Shown: positions 1 to 7,687, counted from the first letter of the stretch. The stretch: 11,623 nt of DNA from Thermofilaceae archaeon (GCA_038727095.1 JAVYWK010000045.1:1-11623); one strand, 5' to 3'. Numbers and translations are program-made. The notes: generated by a model not told the origin, from the letters alone.

Positions 1-417
1 AGTACCGTGGTAGAGGAGTTGGCCGTTGGACGCGTTGCCAACGTAGGCTCGAACAATCAAAGCTGTCGTGAGGGTTTCCGGGTCTCCACCCCTACTCTCC
101 ACCAGGTTGATCCAGCCTTCCGCAATCCTCTGCAGCTGCTGGTGGTTGATGTATGCAGCACCCCTACCCCTGTAGCAGGAGTAGAGCAGCTTTACCGTGT
201 CACCGCCCATCGATGCTGGCGCAACCGCGTCGATGAATAAGCACCAAACCACACCCCTGCGAGCCAGCAAACCGGTTTCATCGGTGTGCGAGTGCAAGCG
301 GAGTTCAATGTAGAAGCCCGGTGATGCCTTAAGCGCGAGTAGCGCGAGAGCGGTAGCAGCTACAGACGCTAAAACGAGAGTAAGCAGCAGTAAATCAGGC
401 CTACCGAGCTTCCACAC
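1..417 (-). CDS. Hypothetical secreted or membrane-anchored protein, partial (3' end lies beyond the left edge)
   Basis: Absent from the ORF track because it has no stop in the window. The frame is open from GTG 417 to position 1: MWKLGRPDLLLLTLVLASVAATALALLALKASPGFYIELRLHSH...QRIAEGWINLVESRGGDPETLTTALIVRAYVGNASNGQLLYHGT. It has a basic N-terminus and a ~20 aa hydrophobic stretch. An AT-rich promoter-like tract lies ~20-30 nt upstream (435-450). Confidence 0.8.
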   Translation of the reverse strand, partial: MWKLGRPDLLLLTLVLASVAATALALLALKASPGFYIELRLHSHTDETGLLARRGVVWCLFIDAVAPASMGGDTVKLLYSCYRGRGAAYINHQQLQRIAEGWINLVESRGGDPETLTTALIVRAYVGNASNGQLLYHGT

Positions 418-934
418 ATCCGAAAGTAAAACACAAAAAGCTTTATTTCTTGTGTAAACCTGAACCTTCAAGGCACTCCAAGGATCGACAGGCTGCGAGC
501 TTTCAGCACTAGTTCCCCACCTCTACTGTTGAGTGGGGGTTGTCGACCCCTCCCATTCTAGTAGCTGCCCCCTCCGGACTTAACGCTTCTCATCCGAGCA
601 TCTAGCCGCAGCAGGCTCAGCAAAAGCCCTCCGTTACGAGTCTGCTCAAGGCTGGTTGAGGTTGCGGATTCGAGTTGAAGGTCTAGAGCCGTTGATAGAC
701 GATTGTTCCCTTTGTTTCCTCGCTTGTCGTGTAGTGGAGGTGGGATGCCGCAACTCAGGTGGCTTCAACTGTCTTCCAGCGCTGCCGGTAGAGCGCTGGT
801 GAGGTTAGATTGGCCCGCTTGGTATTTGTCTCGGCCTCTTCAGTGGCGGCATGCTGATCGTTGTGAGGGAGGGGAGGCTATTGGAGGTGTGGGTGGCGCG
901 TGAGAGCTTTGACGGCTTGAGCAGTGCCCGTGAC

Positions 935-948
935 GAAAGGGTATTAAG
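935..948 (+). promoter_or_regulatory. BRE + TATA-like box for the flavin reductase gene
   Basis: GAAAGG-G-TATTAAG ends 22 nt before ATG 971. This is the usual archaeal leaderless spacing and supports a start at 971 rather than 851. Confidence 0.6.
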
Positions 949-970
949 CTTCCCGGCTTACCGCAACACA

Positions 971-1510
971 ATGAAGGAAGTAAAAAGGTTTTACCTGCTC
1001 CTCCACCCGAGGCCGGCTTACCTGATTGGCAGCGGTCGCTTGGGCGAGCGAGTGAACTTCATGGCTGCGTCATGGGTTACGCCGATCGCCGAGGAGCCCC
1101 CCCTTGTGGGAGTCGCGATAGGTGCGGACAGCTACACGCGCGAGCTGATCGATGCGTATGGCGAGTTCACCATCAACGTGTTGCCTATGGATAAGGTCGA
1201 CCTCATCTACTACGCTGGCAGCAGGAGCGGACGCGAAGAGGACAAGACGAAGCAGATCAAGGCTGTGAGGGGTGAGAAAGTGCAAGCCCCTGTTGCGGAA
1301 GGGGCGGTGGGGGTTGTCGAGTGCAGGATCTACACTAGAGTTCAAGCGGAGGACGTCGTCTTCTACGTTGGCGAGGTTCTCTCCGCCAGGGCGGACGAGA
1401 GCGTTTTCGACGAGAGGAAGGGCTGGGACGCCTCGCGGGTGGACTTACCTCTCCACAACTGGGGGCGCGGCTTCTACGGGCTAGGGCGCTTCAGAATGGC
1501 CAAAGCCTAG
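971..1510 (+). CDS. Flavin reductase family protein (flavoredoxin/DIM6-NTAB-like, FMN-binding split barrel)
   Basis: Motifs HPRPAYLIGS, NFMAASWVTP, PPLVGVAI, GEFTINV, GSRSGR..DK, VECR, FYVGEV. The frequently conserved GDH motif reads EDV here. Confidence 0.9.
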   Translation: MKEVKRFYLLLHPRPAYLIGSGRLGERVNFMAASWVTPIAEEPPLVGVAIGADSYTRELIDAYGEFTINVLPMDKVDLIYYAGSRSGREEDKTKQIKAVRGEKVQAPVAEGAVGVVECRIYTRVQAEDVVFYVGEVLSARADESVFDERKGWDASRVDLPLHNWGRGFYGLGRFRMAKA

Positions 1511-1809
1511 TGGTACTCGGTAATCACTGCCGCCAGCTTCACTTCTCCCGTTTTTTCGATGCGGTACGCGAGGCGGAGGACGGCGGCCCGATGGTCAAGC
1601 CTGCAGAAGACCGAGTAAATGTGAAACCCCTCGATGAATCCATCGTACCGCACCACACCGGGAACTCCCGTATCCCGCAGGGATCTGCCTATCCTTTTCG
1701 GGATCTCTGATAGCCACGTGCCGCCAGCTAAGGCTGCAGACTCGTAAGGGGCCTTCAAGTTAGTGCGGGCACGTATGGCATCGATGAGTCCTTTCAGATT
1801 GCTGCGCAC
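1507..1809 (-). CDS. Hypothetical protein (~100 aa)
   Basis: Fills the gap between two genes and its stop overlaps the convergent flavin reductase stop. GTG 1809 (MRSNLKGLIDAIRART...) avoids overlap with the zinc-finger gene. The start is uncertain. Confidence 0.65.
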   Translation of the reverse strand: MRSNLKGLIDAIRARTNLKAPYESAALAGGTWLSEIPKRIGRSLRDTGVPGVVRYDGFIEGFHIYSVFCRLDHRAAVLRLAYRIEKTGEVKLAAVITEYH

Positions 1810-1850
1810 GCGACATCTACTTCCTGTGACTATTGTACCGCACGCGTATT

Positions 1851-2102
1851 TTACTCTTCTTCGTACTCTTCCTCCTCCTCTTCCCACTCAAACTGGTAGT
1901 AGCTCTCCCCACTTTCCTCCTCTTCTGGGTGCTTCCGCAAATGCTCTTCCAGAGCAGCTTTGCTTTCCAGCTTCTTGCCGCACTTCGGGCACATGAGATA
2001 GTAGGGCCCAGTCGGCTTATGCCATGCATCAAAGTGCGCTTCGAAGTCCTCCCTGCTGTAGAACAGGGCTCCGCACTCGGGGCACTTCAGTAGGCTTGCC
2101 AC
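1851..2102 (-). CDS. Tandem C2H2 zinc-finger protein with acidic C-terminal tail (83 aa)
   Basis: CPEC-x12-H-x4-H and CPKC-x12-H-x3-H, followed by EEEESGESYYQFEWEEEEEEYEEE. An AAAACGTTAAG BRE/TATA-like element lies ~30 nt upstream of GTG 2102. Confidence 0.9.
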   Translation of the reverse strand: MASLLKCPECGALFYSREDFEAHFDAWHKPTGPYYLMCPKCGKKLESKAALEEHLRKHPEEEESGESYYQFEWEEEEEEYEEE

Positions 2103-2139
2103 AAGAGAATGAGTCTCCTGCGATTATCTGCTTAACGTT

Positions 2140-3174
2140 TTACTCGAGGGATAGGTCGATGGTTGCCTCGAGGACATCCATCGAGTAGTCGCAGATTCTC
2201 CTCAAGCTGTCCGCGATCAGCCTGATGACCATGTGCCTCCTCGCATCGCAGGGCTCCTCGAGGATTCTCTCGATGAACCCCTGTTCGGCTGCCGCCAGTC
2301 GGGGTGGGTACTCGTCTAGCAAGCTTAGGGCCTTCTCCCTCTCCCTATTGAGGAAGCAACGTATCGAGTTTTGGAAGATTTCCTTCGCGAGCCTCGTCAT
2401 CGACTCGAGCTCCCTCTCTAAGCCGCTGATCGAAACGCCCGCTGTTACCAGCGACTTCGCGTTCCTAGCGATCTTCTCCGCGTGATCCGCGCAGCGCTCC
2501 ACGCTCTTCCCGACCACCGCGTACTCGATTATCTCCTCGAGACTCTTTAAGCCGATCTCCTCGATCCCCACGAAGCCTCTGACGCCCGCGTTCAACTGGC
2601 GGAGCAGGTAGAGGTACAGCTTATCGATGAAATCGTCCCTTGATATGACGTCCTCAAGGAGGGTTATGTTTCGAGCGAAGAGGCCCTCCATGGAATCGTC
2701 GATCATCCCGGCCCCCACCTGCCCCATCCTCTGGATGACGAGGTTGACGGGGAGCTCCTCAACGTTGACCAGCACTTGCAGTACGATGCTGTGCTCCCCA
2801 TCCTCCAGCAGCTCCACTCCGATCATCTTGTTTGAAATGACCCTCTTTATGACGTCCTTGAACCTCTTCCCATCGGGGGGGAGCTCGACTCTGATCACCT
2901 TGTAGCCGACCAGGTAGCGAGACATTATCTCGCGGATAATTGTCCCTTCGCTCTCCCCGTCTCGGATTATCATTTTGCACTCCGGCCTCTTTCCCTCCTG
3001 AAGGGGTGGCGGCACTAAGCGGAGCGAGCCGTCGGGCTCAAGAACGATGGTGACCGGCGACCCCCTACCTATGCCAACGCGTTTCGCCCAGTTCTTGGGG
3101 AGCGAAACGACGTACGTCGACCTGCCTATCAGCTGAACCCTCCTAGTTACCTCTCGCGTTTCCATACTAACCAC
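2140..3174 (-). CDS. phoU: Archaeal phosphate uptake regulator (N-terminal AbrB/SpoVT DNA-binding domain + two PhoU repeats)
   Basis: N-terminal RRVQLIGRSTYVVSLPKNWAKRVG...G (AbrB-like). PhoU motifs SRDDFIDKLY, KSVERCADHA and SLRRICDYSMDV. Alternative start ATG 3165. Confidence 0.9.
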   Translation of the reverse strand: MVSMETREVTRRVQLIGRSTYVVSLPKNWAKRVGIGRGSPVTIVLEPDGSLRLVPPPLQEGKRPECKMIIRDGESEGTIIREIMSRYLVGYKVIRVELPPDGKRFKDVIKRVISNKMIGVELLEDGEHSIVLQVLVNVEELPVNLVIQRMGQVGAGMIDDSMEGLFARNITLLEDVISRDDFIDKLYLYLLRQLNAGVRGFVGIEEIGLKSLEEIIEYAVVGKSVERCADHAEKIARNAKSLVTAGVSISGLERELESMTRLAKEIFQNSIRCFLNREREKALSLLDEYPPRLAAAEQGFIERILEEPCDARRHMVIRLIADSLRRICDYSMDVLEATIDLSLE

Positions 3175-3201
3175 TACAAAGCTAATTACGCTCTCTATAC
3201 T

Positions 3202-3729
3202 TTAGACGCTTCTTTTAAAGCTTTTGGGCTCGCGATCCGCCCTCAGGGCGTCAAACCCGACGAGGAGGGTTCCGCAGCCCCCGCAGCTGGAGTTGAACAG
3301 CGAGAGCAGGAACGCGTGGGTCGGCGGCGAAGGCGAAGCTGCGACGCACGACTCTGCGATCTCGTCCAGCTCTGGTAGCTTGAGTGGTAGGAGAAGCACT
3401 GTGTGCTCCCCCCTAGCTTCCGCGATCGAGGTTCGGTCGATTAAAACCCCCCTTTCATCGATCACGCCGACTTTCCGCTCACCTACCTTGAGTACGGCGT
3501 AGGGGCCTGCAGGCCACTGGAAGTCGGGTCGCGTTAGAGCCGCAAAAACGTGCCTCTTGCCGAGGCACTCAAAGACGCCGACGTTGACCGGCCTACCCCA
3601 GTGCGACCTACTCGCGGAGTACTTCTGCTCAATCCTAGCTACCTCGTCGATCTCTTGCTGGCTGAGCTTCCGCACCCTAAGCACACCCCTTTTGACTAGA
3701 ACGGCCAGGACGACGTCCTCCAGCGTCAT
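3202..3729 (-). CDS. Uncharacterised protein (175 aa), translationally coupled to the Gfo/Idh/MocA gene
   Basis: ATGA start/stop overlap at 3726-3729 with the upstream oxidoreductase. Globular composition, with NVGVFECL, ASPSPPTH and CGGCG segments. Confidence 0.8.
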   Translation of the reverse strand: MTLEDVVLAVLVKRGVLRVRKLSQQEIDEVARIEQKYSASRSHWGRPVNVGVFECLGKRHVFAALTRPDFQWPAGPYAVLKVGERKVGVIDERGVLIDRTSIAEARGEHTVLLLPLKLPELDEIAESCVAASPSPPTHAFLLSLFNSSCGGCGTLLVGFDALRADREPKSFKRSV

Positions 3730-4730
3730 AGCCTTACGGGCTGCCCCCTCTTGCCTGACTCGATGATCGCCTCGAGTATCTTAACGTTATCCACGCCGTC
3801 CTCAACCGTGATGGCGGGCTCCGAGCGGCCGAGAACACAGGAGATGAAGTGGCGATCGGCCTCTACGAGGAAGCCGCTTGCAACGCCGTGAGACTTCCTC
3901 AGCTTGGCGAGGTGAGGGTACGTGTAGCTGGTGCTTGCCACGCTGATCGACTCCCTCTCAGTGTCAACGTGGACTGCCCCCCTCGTGCAGACGAGCTCCA
4001 GCTTGAAGTCGAAAATCGAGGGGGAGCTTTCGGGGAGCACCCAGCTGCTCTCAAGCACGGCGAAACCTTCGTCGAACTTCAGGATAGCAGCGAAGGCATC
4101 GGGTGTCCCCAGATCGCTGAGCAGCTTGGTCACCGACGTTGCGTACACTTCCCTCACGGGCTGGTTGAAGTACCAGCGCGCTAAATCGACTGTGTGGCTC
4201 ATGAGGAAGAAGGCGACGCTGGTCTTCGAAGCCCAGCTCAACATCCTCCTCGGCACGTACAGGGTGTCGCTCAGCCTGATGTACGCGTGAATTGGGGACC
4301 CGAGCTCGCCCCGTTGCAGCAGCTCCTTCACGTATACGAACGGGGGGTTGAACCGGTTCTCGAAGTTCACAAGCAGGAGTACACCCCTCCTTCTAGCTTC
4401 GTCAGCCATCGCTTGTGCCTCAGCGAGGCTCGTAGCCATCGGCTTCTCCACCAGCACGTGCTTACCTGCTCTCAGAGCCGCCATCACAGGATCAAAATGG
4501 AGGTGGTCAGGCGTTGCTACAACTACCGCATCCACCCCGGATCTTTCGCATAACTCCTCTGCACTGCCGTAGAACTCGGGCACGCCTTGCTCGGAGGCTA
4601 CAAGCTTGGCCTTCTGCCTATCAACGTCCGCCACTGCCACGATTTCCGCTTCTGGTACATGCCTTAACGCTTCGAGGTGCAGTAGCCCCTGGTTCCCCAA
4701 CCCTACAACGCCAACTCGAACCTTCCCCAT
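3726..4730 (-). CDS. Gfo/Idh/MocA family NAD(P)-dependent oxidoreductase
   Basis: VGVVGLGNQG Rossmann motif, VVATPDHLH, GKHVLVEKPMA, NFENRFNP, and catalytic-region FFLMSHTVD. ATG 4730 is preceded by GGAG. The alternative start is TTG 4739. Confidence 0.95.
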   Translation of the reverse strand: MGKVRVGVVGLGNQGLLHLEALRHVPEAEIVAVADVDRQKAKLVASEQGVPEFYGSAEELCERSGVDAVVVATPDHLHFDPVMAALRAGKHVLVEKPMATSLAEAQAMADEARRRGVLLLVNFENRFNPPFVYVKELLQRGELGSPIHAYIRLSDTLYVPRRMLSWASKTSVAFFLMSHTVDLARWYFNQPVREVYATSVTKLLSDLGTPDAFAAILKFDEGFAVLESSWVLPESSPSIFDFKLELVCTRGAVHVDTERESISVASTSYTYPHLAKLRKSHGVASGFLVEADRHFISCVLGRSEPAITVEDGVDNVKILEAIIESGKRGQPVRL

Positions 4731-4739
4731 GCGCTCCAA

Positions 4740-4833
4740 GGCCTCGATGCGGAGGTGCTTATCTAGCTTTGCTTTTCATTAGTGTTAGTCGCTATGTTTA
4801 ATAGTGCAAGGAAGAAATCTTCCAGAGGATGCA
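4740..4833. promoter_or_regulatory. Divergent promoter region with TATA-like TTTAATA (4797-4803) and palindrome GGAAGA-AA-TCTTCC (4810-4823)
   Basis: AT-rich spacer between divergent genes, with a perfect 6-bp inverted repeat just downstream of the + strand TATA-like box. Confidence 0.5.
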
Positions 4834-5187
4834 ATGGTTGAGCCGAGGCAATCAGCATTGGAGGAGGTTGAACGGAGAATCTCTATAGTCGTTGAGCAGT
4901 CCAAGGATCAATCGATCGCCGAGGGCCTGAAAGGCTTCAGCAAGTTAGTTGCTCTGGAGTTCCCGGATTTGGGTATCACTTACGCATTACGTTTTGAGGA
5001 TGGAGTAGTAAAGGAAGTTATAAAGGGGCATTCAGAGGCGGCGGAAATCAAAGTCGTGGTTCCCTCAACTACGTTCATAGGGATTATCGATAAAACCACA
5101 AGTCCTGTGAAGGAGTATCAGCTCGGCAGGCTCCGCGTGAAGGGTCCCATAAGCGACCTGCTGAAGTTGAGGAAGCTCCTCTTCTGA
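4834..5187 (+). CDS. SCP2 (sterol carrier protein 2)-like lipid-binding domain protein
   Basis: ~117 aa with the SCP2 pattern ...YALRFEDG...AEIKVVVPSTTFIGIIDKTTSPVKEYQLGRLRVKGPISDLLKLRKLL (G-x-L-x-V-x-G...L-x-KL). ATG 4834 is preferred over GTG 4804, which abuts the TATA-like box. Confidence 0.8.
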   Translation: MVEPRQSALEEVERRISIVVEQSKDQSIAEGLKGFSKLVALEFPDLGITYALRFEDGVVKEVIKGHSEAAEIKVVVPSTTFIGIIDKTTSPVKEYQLGRLRVKGPISDLLKLRKLLF

Positions 5188-5189
5188 TC

Positions 5190-6221
5190 ATGCACGCGCT
5201 TGTAACGGCCCGCTTCGATGAGAAGGCGATCGAGAAGCTAAGGGAGTACATCGATGTAACGTACCAAAGCTGGTGCAAAACTAAAAGGGTCATTAGTCAG
5301 GAGGAACTAATTGAGTTGGCGAACTCCCTGAAAGCTAACATTTTAATTGTAGAGTTGGAACATGTCGATCGCGAGGTCATCGAGCGCGTCGATGGGCTAA
5401 AGCTAGTAGGTGTTTGTCGGAATGACCCGGGCAGGAACGTCGATCTCGAGGCCGCGACTGAGAGAGGAGTACCAGTGATCTACACTCCAGGCAGGAACGC
5501 CAACGCGGTGGCCGAGCTCACAGTAGCAGTGATACTGATGCTCTTGAGGAAGCTCTCATCGATCTGCTTTAAGCTGAAAAGCGGCGCTGTGCGAATCGAC
5601 TCGTTTGAGGACTTCGCAAAGTACTACAGCGAATGGATGGGGAGCGAGTTGTACGGTAAGACCGTCGGCATCGTCGGGTTGGGGAGGATAGGGTACCGCG
5701 TCGCTGAAATACTGAGAGCCTTCGGAGCTCGCATTTTGGTCTACGATCCCTACGTTCACGACGAGAGAGTTAAGAGCGTGGGTGGTGAAAGGGTCGACCT
5801 GGAAACTCTGTTGCGCAGCTCCGACATTGTGACTCTCCACGTTCCACCCACCGAGGAGACTGTGAACATGATAGGGCGCAGGGAAATCGAGTTGATGAAA
5901 CCGACGGCAATACTCGTCAACTTGGCAAATCCCGTTGTAGTCGACGAGGACGCCCTCTACGATGCACTGAGGAGGAGAAGGATCGCGGGAGCAGCTCTAG
6001 ATGTTTTCTACGAAGAGCCTGTCGACTCCTCAAACAGATTCCTCCAGCTCGAGAACGTGGTTGTAACACCCCACATAGGAGGGAACACCGTTGAGACTAT
6101 AAGACGGCACTCGTGGATGATCGTCGAGGACGTTCTCAGGTATCTGAGGGGGGAACGCCCCTTGCACCTCGCGAATCCGAAGGTCTGGGATCGTGTCGCG
6201 GGAAGCTCTTATAGTCGTTGA
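5190..6221 (+). CDS. D-isomer-specific 2-hydroxyacid dehydrogenase family protein, YoaD-like
   Basis: VGVCR..P..NVDLEAATERGVPVIYTPGRNANAVAE, GKTVGIVGLGRIG, YDPY, LHVP, ALDVFYEEP, TPHIGG. The N-terminal LVTA...YQSW resembles Bacillus subtilis YoaD as I recall it. Confidence 0.92.
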   Translation: MHALVTARFDEKAIEKLREYIDVTYQSWCKTKRVISQEELIELANSLKANILIVELEHVDREVIERVDGLKLVGVCRNDPGRNVDLEAATERGVPVIYTPGRNANAVAELTVAVILMLLRKLSSICFKLKSGAVRIDSFEDFAKYYSEWMGSELYGKTVGIVGLGRIGYRVAEILRAFGARILVYDPYVHDERVKSVGGERVDLETLLRSSDIVTLHVPPTEETVNMIGRREIELMKPTAILVNLANPVVVDEDALYDALRRRRIAGAALDVFYEEPVDSSNRFLQLENVVVTPHIGGNTVETIRRHSWMIVEDVLRYLRGERPLHLANPKVWDRVAGSSYSR

Positions 6222-7677
6222 TTTCGGTAGCAGCGCGCTTAAGGTGCAAGCCTTCACTACCAGTGGCGAGTTCATCGTAGAGAGGCGCGCACCCCTTAGG
6301 CTGTACGCGGATGAAGCAACGCTAGCCGTTGAGTACAATCCAACGGAGGTTGAAAGCTCGCTTTTCACCTGCCTGCGCTCAGTAGGCGAGGGTCTCCAGC
6401 GGCTGCAGTACGAAGTGAAGGGCATCGGGTGTACCTCTCAGCGCTACAACATGGTTCTCCTCGATATTAACGGGAGGGAGCTCTGCATGAGCCCCAACGT
6501 TGATCCGCGCGGCTTCCTTGCTAGCCTTAGCCTCAGCGACGATGAGTGTGCTGAACTCTACAGAGTCACGGGCCTTTACCCGCCGCACCTCTTTACAGCT
6601 GCTCGATTAATCTGGTTCAAGGAGTTCAAGCCAGAATCTTTTTCAAAAATTTCAAAGATTTTAACCATATGCGATTGGCTGCTGTACAAGCTCTGCGGTG
6701 CTTACACTACGTGCCCGTCCTTAGCGGCCAGCACCATGTTGTTCGACGTGGTTAGCATGAGGTGGAGTAGGAAGGCGATGGAGATGTTCGGAGTCGTCGA
6801 GGATATGCTTCCGGAAATCGTGAGAGAGGGGGATTTCGCAGGCTACCTCTCACGGGAGGCGGCGAAGAAGACTAGCCTACCTGAGGGGCTACCCGTCGTC
6901 GTTTGTGGTGGCGACACGCAAACAGCCGCTTTAGCGGCCGGCGTTTTCGGCGAGGGTGAGGTGGGGGTGATCGCAGGTCGTACGGTACCCGTTGTCGCTT
7001 GGACCGGGAATCCAGCGATTGACGCGGGGATGCGCACCTGGCTGGTCCCCCATGTGGGAGGTGGTTGGCTTGTAGAAAGCAACGGAGGGCCTCTCGGAGA
7101 ATTTGTTGAGTGGTTCCTCAGAGATATCATAGTCACAGAGGATTACGGGGCGCTCGATCGGCTGTTCGAGCTCTCCGAGCCAGGTGCGAAGGGAGTCATG
7201 ATGAAACTCTACCCATCGATCATGGATGCAAAATCGCTAGGCCGGCAGAGCTTTAGGAGCTTCATCTCCACGCCACTCCTCGCATCGCCTTTTACCCAGC
7301 CCGTTAAAGTCTGCGACATGGTGAGGGCGCTCCTCGAATATGTCGCGTACAGCATTAAAGCGAACGTTCTGCAGGCGGTCAGTGTAGCATCGAAGAGATT
7401 AACGAGCGTGAGAGCGACGGGCGGCTTAACGCGGATTAGGTCGCTAAGGAAGCTTCTGCCATCTGTGCTCGGCAGAACGGTGTTCCTCACGAACGTTCCG
7501 CACGGCAGCGGGGCTGGGAGCGCAGCTCTAACAGCCCTCTCTCTCGGATGCTACAGCAGCCTGAGAGAGGCCGCTAGGGCGTTCGTGCTGCTTGAGGGGT
7601 GCGAACCTGACCCCGATCTCGTCGAGCACTACGAAGCCGCTTACGTGAGCTGGCTTGACTTTTATACCGGCGTTTAA
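6193..7677 (+). CDS. FGGY family carbohydrate kinase, YoaC/AI-2-kinase-like
   Basis: IVVDFGSSALK phosphate-1 motif, CTSQR...LLD..G.....PNVDPRG, DWLLYKLCG, GGDTQ, ESNGG, RALLEYVAY, ATGG. TSQR/PNxDxRG is typical of the YoaC/LsrK-like branch. GTG start overlaps the dehydrogenase end by 29 nt. Confidence 0.9.
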   Translation: MSREALIVVDFGSSALKVQAFTTSGEFIVERRAPLRLYADEATLAVEYNPTEVESSLFTCLRSVGEGLQRLQYEVKGIGCTSQRYNMVLLDINGRELCMSPNVDPRGFLASLSLSDDECAELYRVTGLYPPHLFTAARLIWFKEFKPESFSKISKILTICDWLLYKLCGAYTTCPSLAASTMLFDVVSMRWSRKAMEMFGVVEDMLPEIVREGDFAGYLSREAAKKTSLPEGLPVVVCGGDTQTAALAAGVFGEGEVGVIAGRTVPVVAWTGNPAIDAGMRTWLVPHVGGGWLVESNGGPLGEFVEWFLRDIIVTEDYGALDRLFELSEPGAKGVMMKLYPSIMDAKSLGRQSFRSFISTPLLASPFTQPVKVCDMVRALLEYVAYSIKANVLQAVSVASKRLTSVRATGGLTRIRSLRKLLPSVLGRTVFLTNVPHGSGAGSAALTALSLGCYSSLREAARAFVLLEGCEPDPDLVEHYEAAYVSWLDFYTGV

Positions 7678-7687
7678 CGGCTGGCTC

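Noticed and set aside
7-240. 77-aa + strand ORF
   Set aside because: It is the antisense shadow of the minus-strand gene at 1-417.
703-903. 66-aa + strand ORF in the long intergenic region
   Set aside because: No recognisable motif, TTG start with no promoter or RBS, and atypical composition.
642-924. 9-bp inverted repeat CTGCTCAAG/CTTGAGCAG, possible MITE ends
   Set aside because: No target-site duplication, and a 9-bp inverted match in ~500 bp is near chance expectation.
851-970. 40-aa N-terminal extension of the flavin reductase ORF
   Set aside because: A BRE/TATA-like box sits inside it at the right distance from ATG 971, and the family domain begins there.
1833-2093. Hydrophobic 86-aa + strand ORF that looks like a membrane protein
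   Set aside because: It is antisense to the Glu-rich zinc-finger gene, where GAG/GAA codons read as Leu/Phe on the other strand.
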